Shown: positions 38,893 to 47,427 of the stretch, piece by piece
Position numbering within the stretch: the first letter of the stretch is position 1
Layout of the letters: each line of letters opens with the position of its first letter
Origin: Thermoanaerobaculia bacterium
Lineage (GTDB): Bacteria > Acidobacteriota > Thermoanaerobaculia > Multivoradales > Multivoraceae
DNA: 64,000 nucleotides
Assembly: GCA_963664405.1 (NCBI GenBank)
Contig: OY761158.1
Location: forward strand, 3,360,001 to 3,424,000
Direction: 5' to 3'
Notes under the pieces: model-generated
What the model saw: the letters and a program-made list of their open reading frames with translations, nothing else
What the model was told of the DNA's origin: nothing
Database searches by the model: none
Translations under genes and position numbers: made by a program

Positions 38893-39558
38893 ATGCCGAG
38901 CGCTAGAGGGGTGGCTCGGATCTACTTGGAAGTATTGATCGTCACGCTGATGGCGGCGACTTTCGGCCGTACCTTCTTGGCCCAGGGCCTCCGTATCTCC
39001 AGCGGCTCGATGGAAGAAGCCCTTCTTGTCGGCGACCACGTGTTGGTCAATCGCTTCCTCTTTGCGCCGAGCGGCTCCCGCTACGCCGAGTCCTTCCTAC
39101 CCATCCGCTCTGCTCGCAGGGGCGAGATCGTCGTCCTGCGATTTCCGCAGGACCCTACGACGCTGTTCGTAAAGCGGTGCATCGGGCTGCCCGGCGAGCA
39201 GGTCGACATCGTCCGCGGTCGAGTGCTTATCGACGGCCTGGCTCTCGACGAATCAGCCTACCTCGACACCGCACCCACGATAACGGCAAAGGAGACGCCG
39301 TCTGGCGACTATTCAGTCCGAGTGCCGGATGATCACTTCTTCGTCCTCGGCGATCGCCGCGGCCATTCCTTCGATTCGAGGCACTGGGGCAGCGTGCCGG
39401 CCGCCTCTCTGGTGGGGAGGCCGATCTTCGTCTACTGGTCGTGGAACGAGCGCGCCCGCGACGTTGGGGAAACGCAGCCGCAGGGGCGTTTCGAGCGAGC
39501 TATTTCAGGCTTTTTAGGCGCTACGAGGTGGCGTCGAACCTTCTCGATCGTGAGATAG
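38893..39558 (+). CDS. lepB: signal peptidase I paralog
   Basis: SSGSMEEALLVGD, FVKRCIG, GDRRGHSFDSRHWG. Confidence 0.9.
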   Translation: MPSARGVARIYLEVLIVTLMAATFGRTFLAQGLRISSGSMEEALLVGDHVLVNRFLFAPSGSRYAESFLPIRSARRGEIVVLRFPQDPTTLFVKRCIGLPGEQVDIVRGRVLIDGLALDESAYLDTAPTITAKETPSGDYSVRVPDDHFFVLGDRRGHSFDSRHWGSVPAASLVGRPIFVYWSWNERARDVGETQPQGRFERAISGFLGATRWRRTFSIVR

Positions 39559-39644
39559 GGAACAGAGTTATGTAAGATAGTCTCTGCATGGAACGTCTAG
39601 CGAGGTCGCTGGCGCTCCTAGGCGAGCAGAGAGGAGCTTGAGCT

Positions 39645-40028
39645 ATGAAGACTTCAGACAATCCGAACTGGACCCGACAGAGAGGCGGAGCCAAGATCGG
39701 CACCCTCATCTGGCTGTTCATGTTCGTCGCCATCATCATTGTCGGTAAGGAAGCTATCCCGGTAAAGATGAGGAGCTCGCAGTTCGAGGACTACATGATC
39801 GAACAAGCGAAGTTCGCCGGGGGTCGGGGAGCCGAGTCGCTTCAAAGAGCCTTGTTGAACAAGGCGAACGAACTCGAAATACCGGTTGACAAGAAGACCT
39901 GTCGAGTCCGCAAGAGCAACGGACGGGTCAAAATGGACGCCGAGTACACGATCAGGCTCACATTCCCGTTCTACGAGTACGACTGGCACTTCGTGCACTA
40001 CGTCGATCGCCCGGTCTTTATCATCTAG
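39645..40028 (+). CDS. DUF4845-like membrane-anchored protein
   Basis: RQRGG + TM leader; lies downstream of lepB. Confidence 0.65.
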   Translation: MKTSDNPNWTRQRGGAKIGTLIWLFMFVAIIIVGKEAIPVKMRSSQFEDYMIEQAKFAGGRGAESLQRALLNKANELEIPVDKKTCRVRKSNGRVKMDAEYTIRLTFPFYEYDWHFVHYVDRPVFII

Positions 40029-40085
40029 CCCTAGCCGAGGTCGCGCCTCTGAGCTTCGGGGCCTTCCCGCCGCTGCGGGCCCGGG

Positions 40086-41015
40086 TCAGGTGTCGCTCGG
40101 CAGCTCGACGGCGCCGACCAGCTCGCTCACTTTGGCGATGCCGGATTCGCGAAGGTAGGACCTGAGGCCATCGAGAATTCGCTCCGGCGTGGCCGGGTCG
40201 CGGAAGAGTGCCGTGCCGATTTGTACCGCGCTCGCGCCCGCCAGCAGGAATTCGATGACATCGGAAGCCGTCTCGATACCTCCGATACCGATCACCGGAA
40301 GGCCGACCTTTCGAGCCACATCGAAAACGATCCGCAATGCGATGGGCTTGATCGCCGGTCCCGAGAGCCCGCCGCGGACGGTGTGCAACAACGGCCGCCG
40401 CGTGCCGGCATCGATCGCCATCCCCACGACCGTATTGATGCACGAGAGAATGTCGGCTCCCCCCTCCCTGGCGGCCTCCCCGAGCTCGTGCGGAGCCGCA
40501 ACATTGGGCGACAGCTTGACGATCAAGGGCTTCGTCGTTTCTTGCCGCACTGCGGCAACGAGCTTGGCGAGGATCTCGGGGTCGTGCCCGAACTCGATCC
40601 CCCCGCGGTCGACATTCGGACACGACACGTTGAGCTCGACGCCAGCGACCTCGGGTATGGGCTCGGCGCGGCGCGCGAGCTGGCGATACTCATCTATCGA
40701 AGTCCCGAAGAGGTTCAGGACCACGCGAGCGGGGTACTGACGCAACCCAGGCAAGACATCGACAAGAAAAGCCTCGATGCCGATATTCTGCAGACCGATC
40801 GAGTTGAGCATCCCGCCTCGGGTTTCGCAGATCCGCGGCCCGGGGTTTCCTTTCCGTGGCTCGAGCGACAGACCCTTGGTGACAATGCCGCCAAGCTTTG
40901 CTAGCGAGCCGAGGTGGGAGAACTCGAGCCCGTAGCCGAAGGTCCCGCTCGCCGTAAGCACCGGATTGGGCAGCTCGAGGGGCCCGACCCGAGTGGAAAG
41001 ATCCGGTTCGGTCAC
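40086..41015 (-). CDS. pyrD: dihydroorotate dehydrogenase 1B catalytic subunit
   Basis: NPVLTASGTFG, NSIGLQN, ELNVSCPN, VKLSPN, GGLSGPAIKP. Confidence 0.95.
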   Translation of the reverse strand: MTEPDLSTRVGPLELPNPVLTASGTFGYGLEFSHLGSLAKLGGIVTKGLSLEPRKGNPGPRICETRGGMLNSIGLQNIGIEAFLVDVLPGLRQYPARVVLNLFGTSIDEYRQLARRAEPIPEVAGVELNVSCPNVDRGGIEFGHDPEILAKLVAAVRQETTKPLIVKLSPNVAAPHELGEAAREGGADILSCINTVVGMAIDAGTRRPLLHTVRGGLSGPAIKPIALRIVFDVARKVGLPVIGIGGIETASDVIEFLLAGASAVQIGTALFRDPATPERILDGLRSYLRESGIAKVSELVGAVELPSDT

Positions 41016-41809
41016 CAACGCACCTCGTCGAAGCGAAAAACAGGGCCATCCTTGCAGCACAGAGCGAAGCGGCCGTCGACATGGGGAACCGCGCAACCCA
41101 AACAGGCGCCGTAGCCGCAACCCATCGGCGTCTCGAGCGCGGCCTCCCCTGCTACCCCATGGTCACGAGCGAGTCCGGCGAGTGCGGCCAGAAGGCCCAT
41201 CGGACCACACGCGTAAAGAAAACCATAAGCACCTTGCTCTAGCGCCTCGCCAAGGGGACCGGTCACCAGGCCCTCACGACCCTCGCTTCCATCCTCGGTG
41301 GTGACAATGCAACTCCCACCCGACGCCGTCGCCGCTTCCTCGAAATCGCTGCGGCAAGGTAGGTCGATGGACGACCGGCCGCCGTAGTAAAAATCGAAGG
41401 GAATTCGCCGATCGGCGAGCTGGCGACCCAGCAGAAGGAGTGCGGCCGAACCGACTCCTCCTGCGACCAGGGCCACCCGATCGTGAGGCTGGACCTCGAA
41501 CCCCCGGCCCAGCGGGCCCAGAACTCGCAAGATGCTCCCTGGAGAAGCTGTGGACAGAAGGTGGGTGCCGCGCCCGATGACCTTCCCGAGAAGGTCGATC
41601 TCCACTCGACTCCCCGCCACGCGTAGATCGTGCACCGAGAAGGGCCGTCGTAAATAGGGCTCGAGCCTCTCTCCGACCTCGACCATCACGAACTGGCCGG
41701 GCACAACCGGAAGGAAGTCTTCGGCGATCTCGAGGTGAAGAGTGAAATAGGGGAGAGGGTGGGGCTCGACCGAACTCACCGTCGCCCGGAGGTCGCGCAT
41801 CTGCTCCAA
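41012..41809 (-). CDS. pyrK: dihydroorotate dehydrogenase electron transfer subunit
   Basis: PGQF, RRPFS, GPLGRGF, ACGP, MGCGYGACLGC, CKDGPVF. Confidence 0.93.
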   Translation of the reverse strand: MEQMRDLRATVSSVEPHPLPYFTLHLEIAEDFLPVVPGQFVMVEVGERLEPYLRRPFSVHDLRVAGSRVEIDLLGKVIGRGTHLLSTASPGSILRVLGPLGRGFEVQPHDRVALVAGGVGSAALLLLGRQLADRRIPFDFYYGGRSSIDLPCRSDFEEAATASGGSCIVTTEDGSEGREGLVTGPLGEALEQGAYGFLYACGPMGLLAALAGLARDHGVAGEAALETPMGCGYGACLGCAVPHVDGRFALCCKDGPVFRFDEVRW

Positions 41810-41854
41810 ACTTTAGCATGCAACATCCACGATCTCTGTCACAATCCGCTGGCG

Positions 41855-43609
41855 ATGCCCCCAGCAAAATCGCAGTCATGGCCGAGTAGGCGCCGACGGC
41901 TGCTGGAGATCCTTGCCCTCCTCGCACCCGGCGCCCTACTGGGCGTTCAATTCGCGACTCTCCTCTTCTTTCTCAACCCCAGAGCGGAATTCGGCCCCGG
42001 CCCACTGGCCGGCGCCTGCGTAGCTTTCGGAGGCTTTTTTGCAGTGGCGTGGGCGGGGCTCAGGCGCGCCTGGAGAGGGAAGCGAGGGCGCAGCAACGTC
42101 GAGATTCTCCCCTGGGCCCTGACCGTGATTCTCTTCCTGACCGCAACGGCTCAGTGGGCACACGCATCTCTGTACGCTTTCTACCTTCCACCAGGAATCA
42201 ATAGCCGACTGATCAAGGCTGCCGTAGGCGTCAGCCTCTCCTCCTTGATCTGCTTCTACACCGCCCTTCTCCACACGGTGCAGCAAAGGAGGTACGGTCG
42301 GGGCAGTCGTCTCGCCATCGGTGCCCTCGTGTGTCTTTCGATCGTCATTTCTCTAGAGCGGCGCTACGCCTACACATCCACCCCCAGCGCCGCTCCAACT
42401 ACAGCAACGCTAGCCCGGTCACCACGACCAAAGCTAGTGGTGATCGGCCTCGAAGGCGCGACCCTCGACGCGATTCTGCCACTGGCCGAAGAAGGCCAGC
42501 TTCCCTTCCTCGCGTCACTCTTGCAGCAGGGCGCCTATGGCCGCCTCTCAACGCTCTCACCGGTGAGGCGACTCCCGCTTTGGTACGCCTTGGCCACGGG
42601 AAGCTACCCCTACCGTCATGGCGTCGTTTCCGAGACCTCGCTTACGGCGGCATTTCTCCCCGATGACTCGCCGCCCCTGACGCTGGTCCCCTGGGCTTCG
42701 GGCCTGCAGCGCTGGGGGTCCCTCATCGGCATCCGCGCGTCCACTTCCTTGCCGCCTTCGAACGTCCCAGCTCTATGGGAGATTCTGGAAGGGCTTGGTG
42801 TCTCCACTACTGTTCTCGGCTGGCCGGCGCTCGAGGCCGACCTTGCACAGGCGAGCCGATCCCTCGGACCGCACTTCTCGAGATTTCCAGAAACGACTGT
42901 CACTCTTAAGGAAGAAAGCTTTCGACTGTGGGCAGAGGCCCGCCGTATCTGCCCGTCATTGGCCGCCGCCGACCCCGAGCTCTTCTCGCCGCTCGGCGAG
43001 GACTCCCCTGACGCGGTCAAGGAAGCGCTACTGGGAGATCTCTGGCGGGTCGAGGTGGCTCGTTACGTTCTCTCATCGGGCGAAGATGCTGTCTTTCTTG
43101 GCCTCCCCGGCCTCCTCGACATCTCACGTTCCTACTTCGGCGGCTACGCAGCAGTCCAGTTCGATGGAGAGAGTCAGGAACAGCAGCAACGAGCCTCGCA
43201 GATCCTCGCCGGGTACTACCGCATTCTCGACGATGAGCTGTCTCGCTTGTGGAACAGCATGCCGAGCCCTCGACTCTTGGTCATCGTGTCGCCATTCGGT
43301 GTCCGGGAGCCGAGCGGGTGGCAACGGCTGTGGTCGACGGTCTCTCCCGAGAGCGCCCTGCTCGGCCGCGTAGACGGCGCCGCCGACGGCGTTCTTCTGC
43401 TCTTGGGAGACAATCTTCGCTCGGGCACTCTTCTCGACCGATCCCAGCTAACCGACCTGGCGCCTACGCTTCTGTACGCCCTCGGCGCCCCGGTCGCCCG
43501 CGATCTAGATGGGAGTGTGCTTACCCAAGCGTTCGGAACCACGTTCCTCAACCGAATGCCGCTGAGGTTCGTTCCGTCCTATTCCTCACTGGCTCGTCCA
43601 CGGCGATAA
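41855..43609 (+). CDS. membrane protein with alkaline-phosphatase/NPP-fold domain, degenerate active site
   Basis: 5 N-terminal TM segments; LVVIGLEGAT, GAYGRL, LATG..P..HG, DLAPTLLYALG.PVARDLDG. Confidence 0.75.
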   Translation: MPPAKSQSWPSRRRRLLEILALLAPGALLGVQFATLLFFLNPRAEFGPGPLAGACVAFGGFFAVAWAGLRRAWRGKRGRSNVEILPWALTVILFLTATAQWAHASLYAFYLPPGINSRLIKAAVGVSLSSLICFYTALLHTVQQRRYGRGSRLAIGALVCLSIVISLERRYAYTSTPSAAPTTATLARSPRPKLVVIGLEGATLDAILPLAEEGQLPFLASLLQQGAYGRLSTLSPVRRLPLWYALATGSYPYRHGVVSETSLTAAFLPDDSPPLTLVPWASGLQRWGSLIGIRASTSLPPSNVPALWEILEGLGVSTTVLGWPALEADLAQASRSLGPHFSRFPETTVTLKEESFRLWAEARRICPSLAAADPELFSPLGEDSPDAVKEALLGDLWRVEVARYVLSSGEDAVFLGLPGLLDISRSYFGGYAAVQFDGESQEQQQRASQILAGYYRILDDELSRLWNSMPSPRLLVIVSPFGVREPSGWQRLWSTVSPESALLGRVDGAADGVLLLLGDNLRSGTLLDRSQLTDLAPTLLYALGAPVARDLDGSVLTQAFGTTFLNRMPLRFVPSYSSLARPRR

Positions 43610-43622
43610 CAGATTGTCGTGC

Positions 43623-43848
43623 CTAGGACCAGCGTTCCAAAGTTCGTGCTGCATAGCTCGAGGTCATTCTGTTCGTTGGCTAGGAGCCTGCGAAGCAGGC
43701 GAGTAGTTCTCAGGCGGGGATGGGCCGGAGAACGGGCCGAAGGCGCGTTTTCCGGGGCTAGGAGCGTGTCCGAGAATTCGGACAGGCGAGTAGTTCTCAG
43801 GCGGGGATGGGCCGGAAAACGGGCCGATGGCGCGTTTTCTGGGGCTAG
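43623..43848. repeat. CTAG-linked chain: half of element C + unit A variant + unit A
   Basis: CTAG at 43623, 43680, 43758 and 43845; the last is the parB stop. Confidence 0.9.
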
Positions 43849-44789
43849 GGCTCCGCGGCTGGATTGATCGGATCCGAACCCTGGTTCTCTGACGACGGAG
43901 CATCCGCCGCGGGAAGGCGCTCGACCGCTTCAGCCAAAAGGCGATCGAACAAGCGGATCAACTCTTCCTCCGAATGAAAATGGATGCGCAGACTCCCACC
44001 TCTCTTGGATCTGCGGATCTCGACTCGCGTCTGCAGCGCCCGAGTCAACTTTTCTTCGGCTGCCGTCGTGTGAACGTCATTGCGCAAGGCGCGGCCCTTA
44101 CTTGCCCGTGAGGACCCGGCTGCCCCGGCTCTCACCAACGCCTCCACGCGACGCGCGCTCAAACCCTCTTTGACCGCCCGCTCCGCAACCTCGACCTGAC
44201 TCGACGGAGAGGCCAGGGCAAGCAGGGGCCTCGCCTGCCCTGCGCTGAGTCTCCCCGCACGCAGCAGGTCTTGGACGCTCGCCGGTAGACGGAGCAGCCT
44301 CAATGTATTCGTGATCGTCGAGCGCGCCCTCCCCACCTGCTCCGAGATCTGATCCTGAGTCAGCTGGAACCGGTCCGAAAGGCTGCGGTAGGCCTCGGCT
44401 TCCTCGATCGAGTTGAGATCCGCTCTTTGAAGATTCTCCACGAGTGCAAGCTCCAGCGACGCCTGATCGCTGGCAACCTCGCGCACAATCGCGGGAACCT
44501 CGGCGAGGCCGCACTTCTGTGCCGCCCTCCAACGGCGTTCGCCTGCAATGATGGTGAAACTCCCATCCGCTCGAGCAGAAACAATCAACGGTTGAATCAC
44601 GCCCTGGGACCGAATTGAGCTTGCAAGCTCCTCCAGTCCCTCCTCATCAAAGCTGGATCGAGGTTGGAAGCGATTGGGGACAAGCCTGGTGACCGGAATC
44701 TTCTCTACCGCCGCTGCCCCTGCTCGGGTCGGAGTTGCTTCTCCGTCACCGAGAATCGCATCCAAACCTCTCCCAAGTCCTTTACGCAT
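43845..44789 (-). CDS. parB: chromosome partitioning protein ParB
   Basis: LGRGLDA, NRFQPR, GERRWRA, ENLQRADL, RSTITNTLRLL. Confidence 0.96.
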   Translation of the reverse strand: MRKGLGRGLDAILGDGEATPTRAGAAAVEKIPVTRLVPNRFQPRSSFDEEGLEELASSIRSQGVIQPLIVSARADGSFTIIAGERRWRAAQKCGLAEVPAIVREVASDQASLELALVENLQRADLNSIEEAEAYRSLSDRFQLTQDQISEQVGRARSTITNTLRLLRLPASVQDLLRAGRLSAGQARPLLALASPSSQVEVAERAVKEGLSARRVEALVRAGAAGSSRASKGRALRNDVHTTAAEEKLTRALQTRVEIRRSKRGGSLRIHFHSEEELIRLFDRLLAEAVERLPAADAPSSENQGSDPINPAAEP

Positions 44790-44807
44790 AGTTATTTACC
44801 CCATTCT

Positions 44808-45548
44808 TCAAAGAAGCTCTCTGGCTAGGTTCAAGTATGCCTGGGCCCCTCGACTCTTGATGTCGTACTGCAACACCGGCACGCCGTGACTCGGCGCCTC
44901 GGCCAGTCGAACGTTTCGCGGAACGACGGTTTTGAAGACGCGATCCGGGAAATGCTGCCGAACTTCCTCAGCGACCTCCTTGGAAAGGCGTGTTCGCTCG
45001 TCGTACATGGTGAGCGCGATTCCGCGAATCTCCAGGGCTGGATTGACGCTTCCTCGAACTCTCTTGAGGGTCGAGAAGAGCTCACCCATGCCTTCGAGCG
45101 CAAAATATTCGCACTGCAGAGGAATCAGCACTCCGTCCGCTGCCGCCAGCGCACAGACGGTGAGGTGGCCAAGCGACGGAGGGCAATCGAGGAGGACGGT
45201 GTCATAACCATCAAGAGCCTGAACGAGCGTACGCAAACGCAGCTCCCAGCCTTGCTGGCCGACAAACTCGACCTCTATCCCAACCAAATGGCGATCCGAT
45301 GGAGCCACATCGAGACCGGGAAAACCGGAGGGCCGAATGACCTCGGATAGAGGGCATTGGCCCAATAGCGCCTCGTAGAGGAGTGGTGGCTCGGTATCTG
45401 CTCCAACGCCACGAGAGGCGTTGCCCTGGGGATCACAGTCAACCAGCAGCACGCGTTGCTCGAGCGCACCTAGTGCCGCACCAAGATTGACAGCGGTGGT
45501 GGTCTTCCCGACCCCCCCTTTCTGATTGACAATCGCCAAGACGCTCAA
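44808..45548 (-). CDS. parA: ParA/Soj ATPase
   Basis: NQKGGVGKTT, DCDPQGNA, DCPPSLG, QCEYFALEG, LAEAPSHG; start approximate. Confidence 0.95.
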   Translation of the reverse strand: MSVLAIVNQKGGVGKTTTAVNLGAALGALEQRVLLVDCDPQGNASRGVGADTEPPLLYEALLGQCPLSEVIRPSGFPGLDVAPSDRHLVGIEVEFVGQQGWELRLRTLVQALDGYDTVLLDCPPSLGHLTVCALAAADGVLIPLQCEYFALEGMGELFSTLKRVRGSVNPALEIRGIALTMYDERTRLSKEVAEEVRQHFPDRVFKTVVPRNVRLAEAPSHGVPVLQYDIKSRGAQAYLNLARELL

Positions 45549-45682
45549 ATGCTGTGTCTCCGCCCCGATATCGACAAGGTCATTCCGACGGGGCCCCAGT
45601 ATTGGGCCGCACACGTCGTCAAGGCCTCTTTACTCCATCCTGTCATGCTGGCGCATGTGCGTCTCGAGAGTCAACAGTCCAT

Positions 45683-46327
45683 CTATCTAGACTCCGACCG
45701 TCCGAACATCAACAGCTGTCTGTGCTTCGAGCCGGCAACCGGCACACGCTCGAGAAGGCGCAGAGATTGCGGAAGCGGAGGCGCCTCGAGGCCGGCCCAG
45801 ATCAGGACGCGCCCTTGTTCGGAGAGGCACGACTCGAGGAGGCCCCAAGTCTCGAGTGGTAGGCGAACGGCCCTCACCGTAATCAGATCCGCCAGCTCCT
45901 CCTCCATTACGGCGGGCAAAGACGGCCCGAGGCGCTCGTTGATGCACGCCACCGAGACCCCGCCCGCCCTTGCCGCAGACCTCAAGAACGCCCACTTCGC
46001 CTGTCGCGACTCGATCAGCAGCACGGACAAATCGGCGCGGGCGGCTGCAAGAACAAGACCTGGAAACCCACCGCCAGACCCAACATCCACAACTCTCGCC
46101 CCAATCGGTACCAAAGGCAGACCCTGCAAAGACTCCCCGAAATGGCGCTCCGGAGTTTCCTGCAGTGTGCCGGGCCCCACCAGTGAAAGGCGACGATTCC
46201 AACGCAGAAGCTCTTGGTAATGGGCGTAGAGCGCCGTCGCGACCCTGTCTGACAGACAAAGGTTTGCCGCTCGTCCAACTCGGACGGCGAACTCCTCGAG
46301 TGAGAGTGTCTGTTGTGGATGTTTCAC
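45683..46327 (-). CDS. rsmG: 16S rRNA m7G527 methyltransferase
   Basis: WNRRLSL, RHFGESL, DVGSGGGFPG, ESRQAK.AFL. Confidence 0.9.
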   Translation of the reverse strand: MKHPQQTLSLEEFAVRVGRAANLCLSDRVATALYAHYQELLRWNRRLSLVGPGTLQETPERHFGESLQGLPLVPIGARVVDVGSGGGFPGLVLAAARADLSVLLIESRQAKWAFLRSAARAGGVSVACINERLGPSLPAVMEEELADLITVRAVRLPLETWGLLESCLSEQGRVLIWAGLEAPPLPQSLRLLERVPVAGSKHRQLLMFGRSESR

Positions 46328-46335
46328 GTGAAACG
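46320..46335. promoter_or_regulatory. parS site
   Basis: TGTTTCACGTGAAACG. Confidence 0.92.
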
Positions 46336-46488
46336 CCGTCTCGACGTTGGCGACAAACTATCACTCGTAGACCCGACGCCAGGCCCTGGCCGACGCGAGC
46401 TCCACCCATCATCACGCTCCTATCCAGCGAAGCACCCAGTACCCGCCCCGGGGCCTAGAATTCCTCGAGCGAGGGTGTCCGTTGCGGA

Positions 46489-46504
46489 TGTTTCACGTGA
46501 AACG
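46489..46504. promoter_or_regulatory. parS site
   Basis: TGTTTCACGTGAAACG. Confidence 0.92.
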
Positions 46505-46533
46505 CCCGACGGCCGGCCCACGCACGAAGACTC

Positions 46534-47427
46534 CTACGCGGGCAGGATCGTTACGCGCTTGTAGAATCCCTGTCCGTTGCTTTCGGTGACCACGTCGCTT
46601 TCGTTCTTCAGCGCTAGGTGAATCGTTCGGCGGTCCGCCGGATTCATTGATTGGAGCGTGTAGGCGCGGCCCTCTCTCCGAACATCCTCCGCCGCACCAA
46701 GTGCCATCTGCTCCAATCGACTCACTCGCCGTTCTCGAAAACGCTGACTGTCAACCCTGCAGGCCCCCATGGTGCCCGCGCTGCCTCGCAGCACGCGCGG
46801 CAGCAGGTGCTGGATCGCCAACAACAAACGACCCTCGCCCCGGACCAACAGCTCCTGATCAGGACCCGACAGCTCGACCTCGAGCTCTTCCTCGCCCTGA
46901 AAGACCACGACTTCGAGGTCGAGCCCCGCAATCGATGCGAGCTGACGAGTGGCTTCGGCAGCGGCCTCTGCAGCCTCTCCCTCTGCGAGTGGAAGATCAC
47001 GAGAAGGCAGAGGCAGCTCTGAGTCGGCCTCTGGCAACTCCTCACCCGCGTCACCAGGCCGACCCTGCGGGTGACCAGATCCTCCTGCCGGTGCTCTTTC
47101 GTCCAGGCTCTCCTCTGTTTTCTGGCCAGGAGGCGCTTGCGGAGTGAGGTTGAAATCCTGCTGGTTCTCAGGGGGATCAGGGGTGACGCTCTCATGGGGA
47201 GGCGTCGCAACGTTATCCCCCTCTTCGACTGCAGGGTCTCGCTCCCTCGTTGGGTGCTCGGGGTCGACTTTGATCACTACATTGCGCCTCGTGCGGAGCG
47301 GACCGCTACGTCGCTCCACCCGCTCGTACGCCACATCGTCGGGCTCGACACCGTGGTGTTCGGCCGCTGCTGTCACCGCTAGATCCAAAGAACCACCAGT
47401 GAAGAAAACACGAGTTGAACCGCTCAT
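46534..47427 (-). CDS. jag: Jag/KhpB RNA-binding protein
   Basis: Jag_N, KH (GRLLLAIQHL) and R3H (MNPADRRTIHLAL); follows yidC. Confidence 0.88.
   Translation of the reverse strand: MSGSTRVFFTGGSLDLAVTAAAEHHGVEPDDVAYERVERRSGPLRTRRNVVIKVDPEHPTRERDPAVEEGDNVATPPHESVTPDPPENQQDFNLTPQAPPGQKTEESLDERAPAGGSGHPQGRPGDAGEELPEADSELPLPSRDLPLAEGEAAEAAAEATRQLASIAGLDLEVVVFQGEEELEVELSGPDQELLVRGEGRLLLAIQHLLPRVLRGSAGTMGACRVDSQRFRERRVSRLEQMALGAAEDVRREGRAYTLQSMNPADRRTIHLALKNESDVVTESNGQGFYKRVTILPA

Noticed and set aside
43623-43848. Tandem repeat chain as a CRISPR array
   Set aside because: Units are ~80-90 bp with no unique spacers, copies are dispersed, and no cas genes are present
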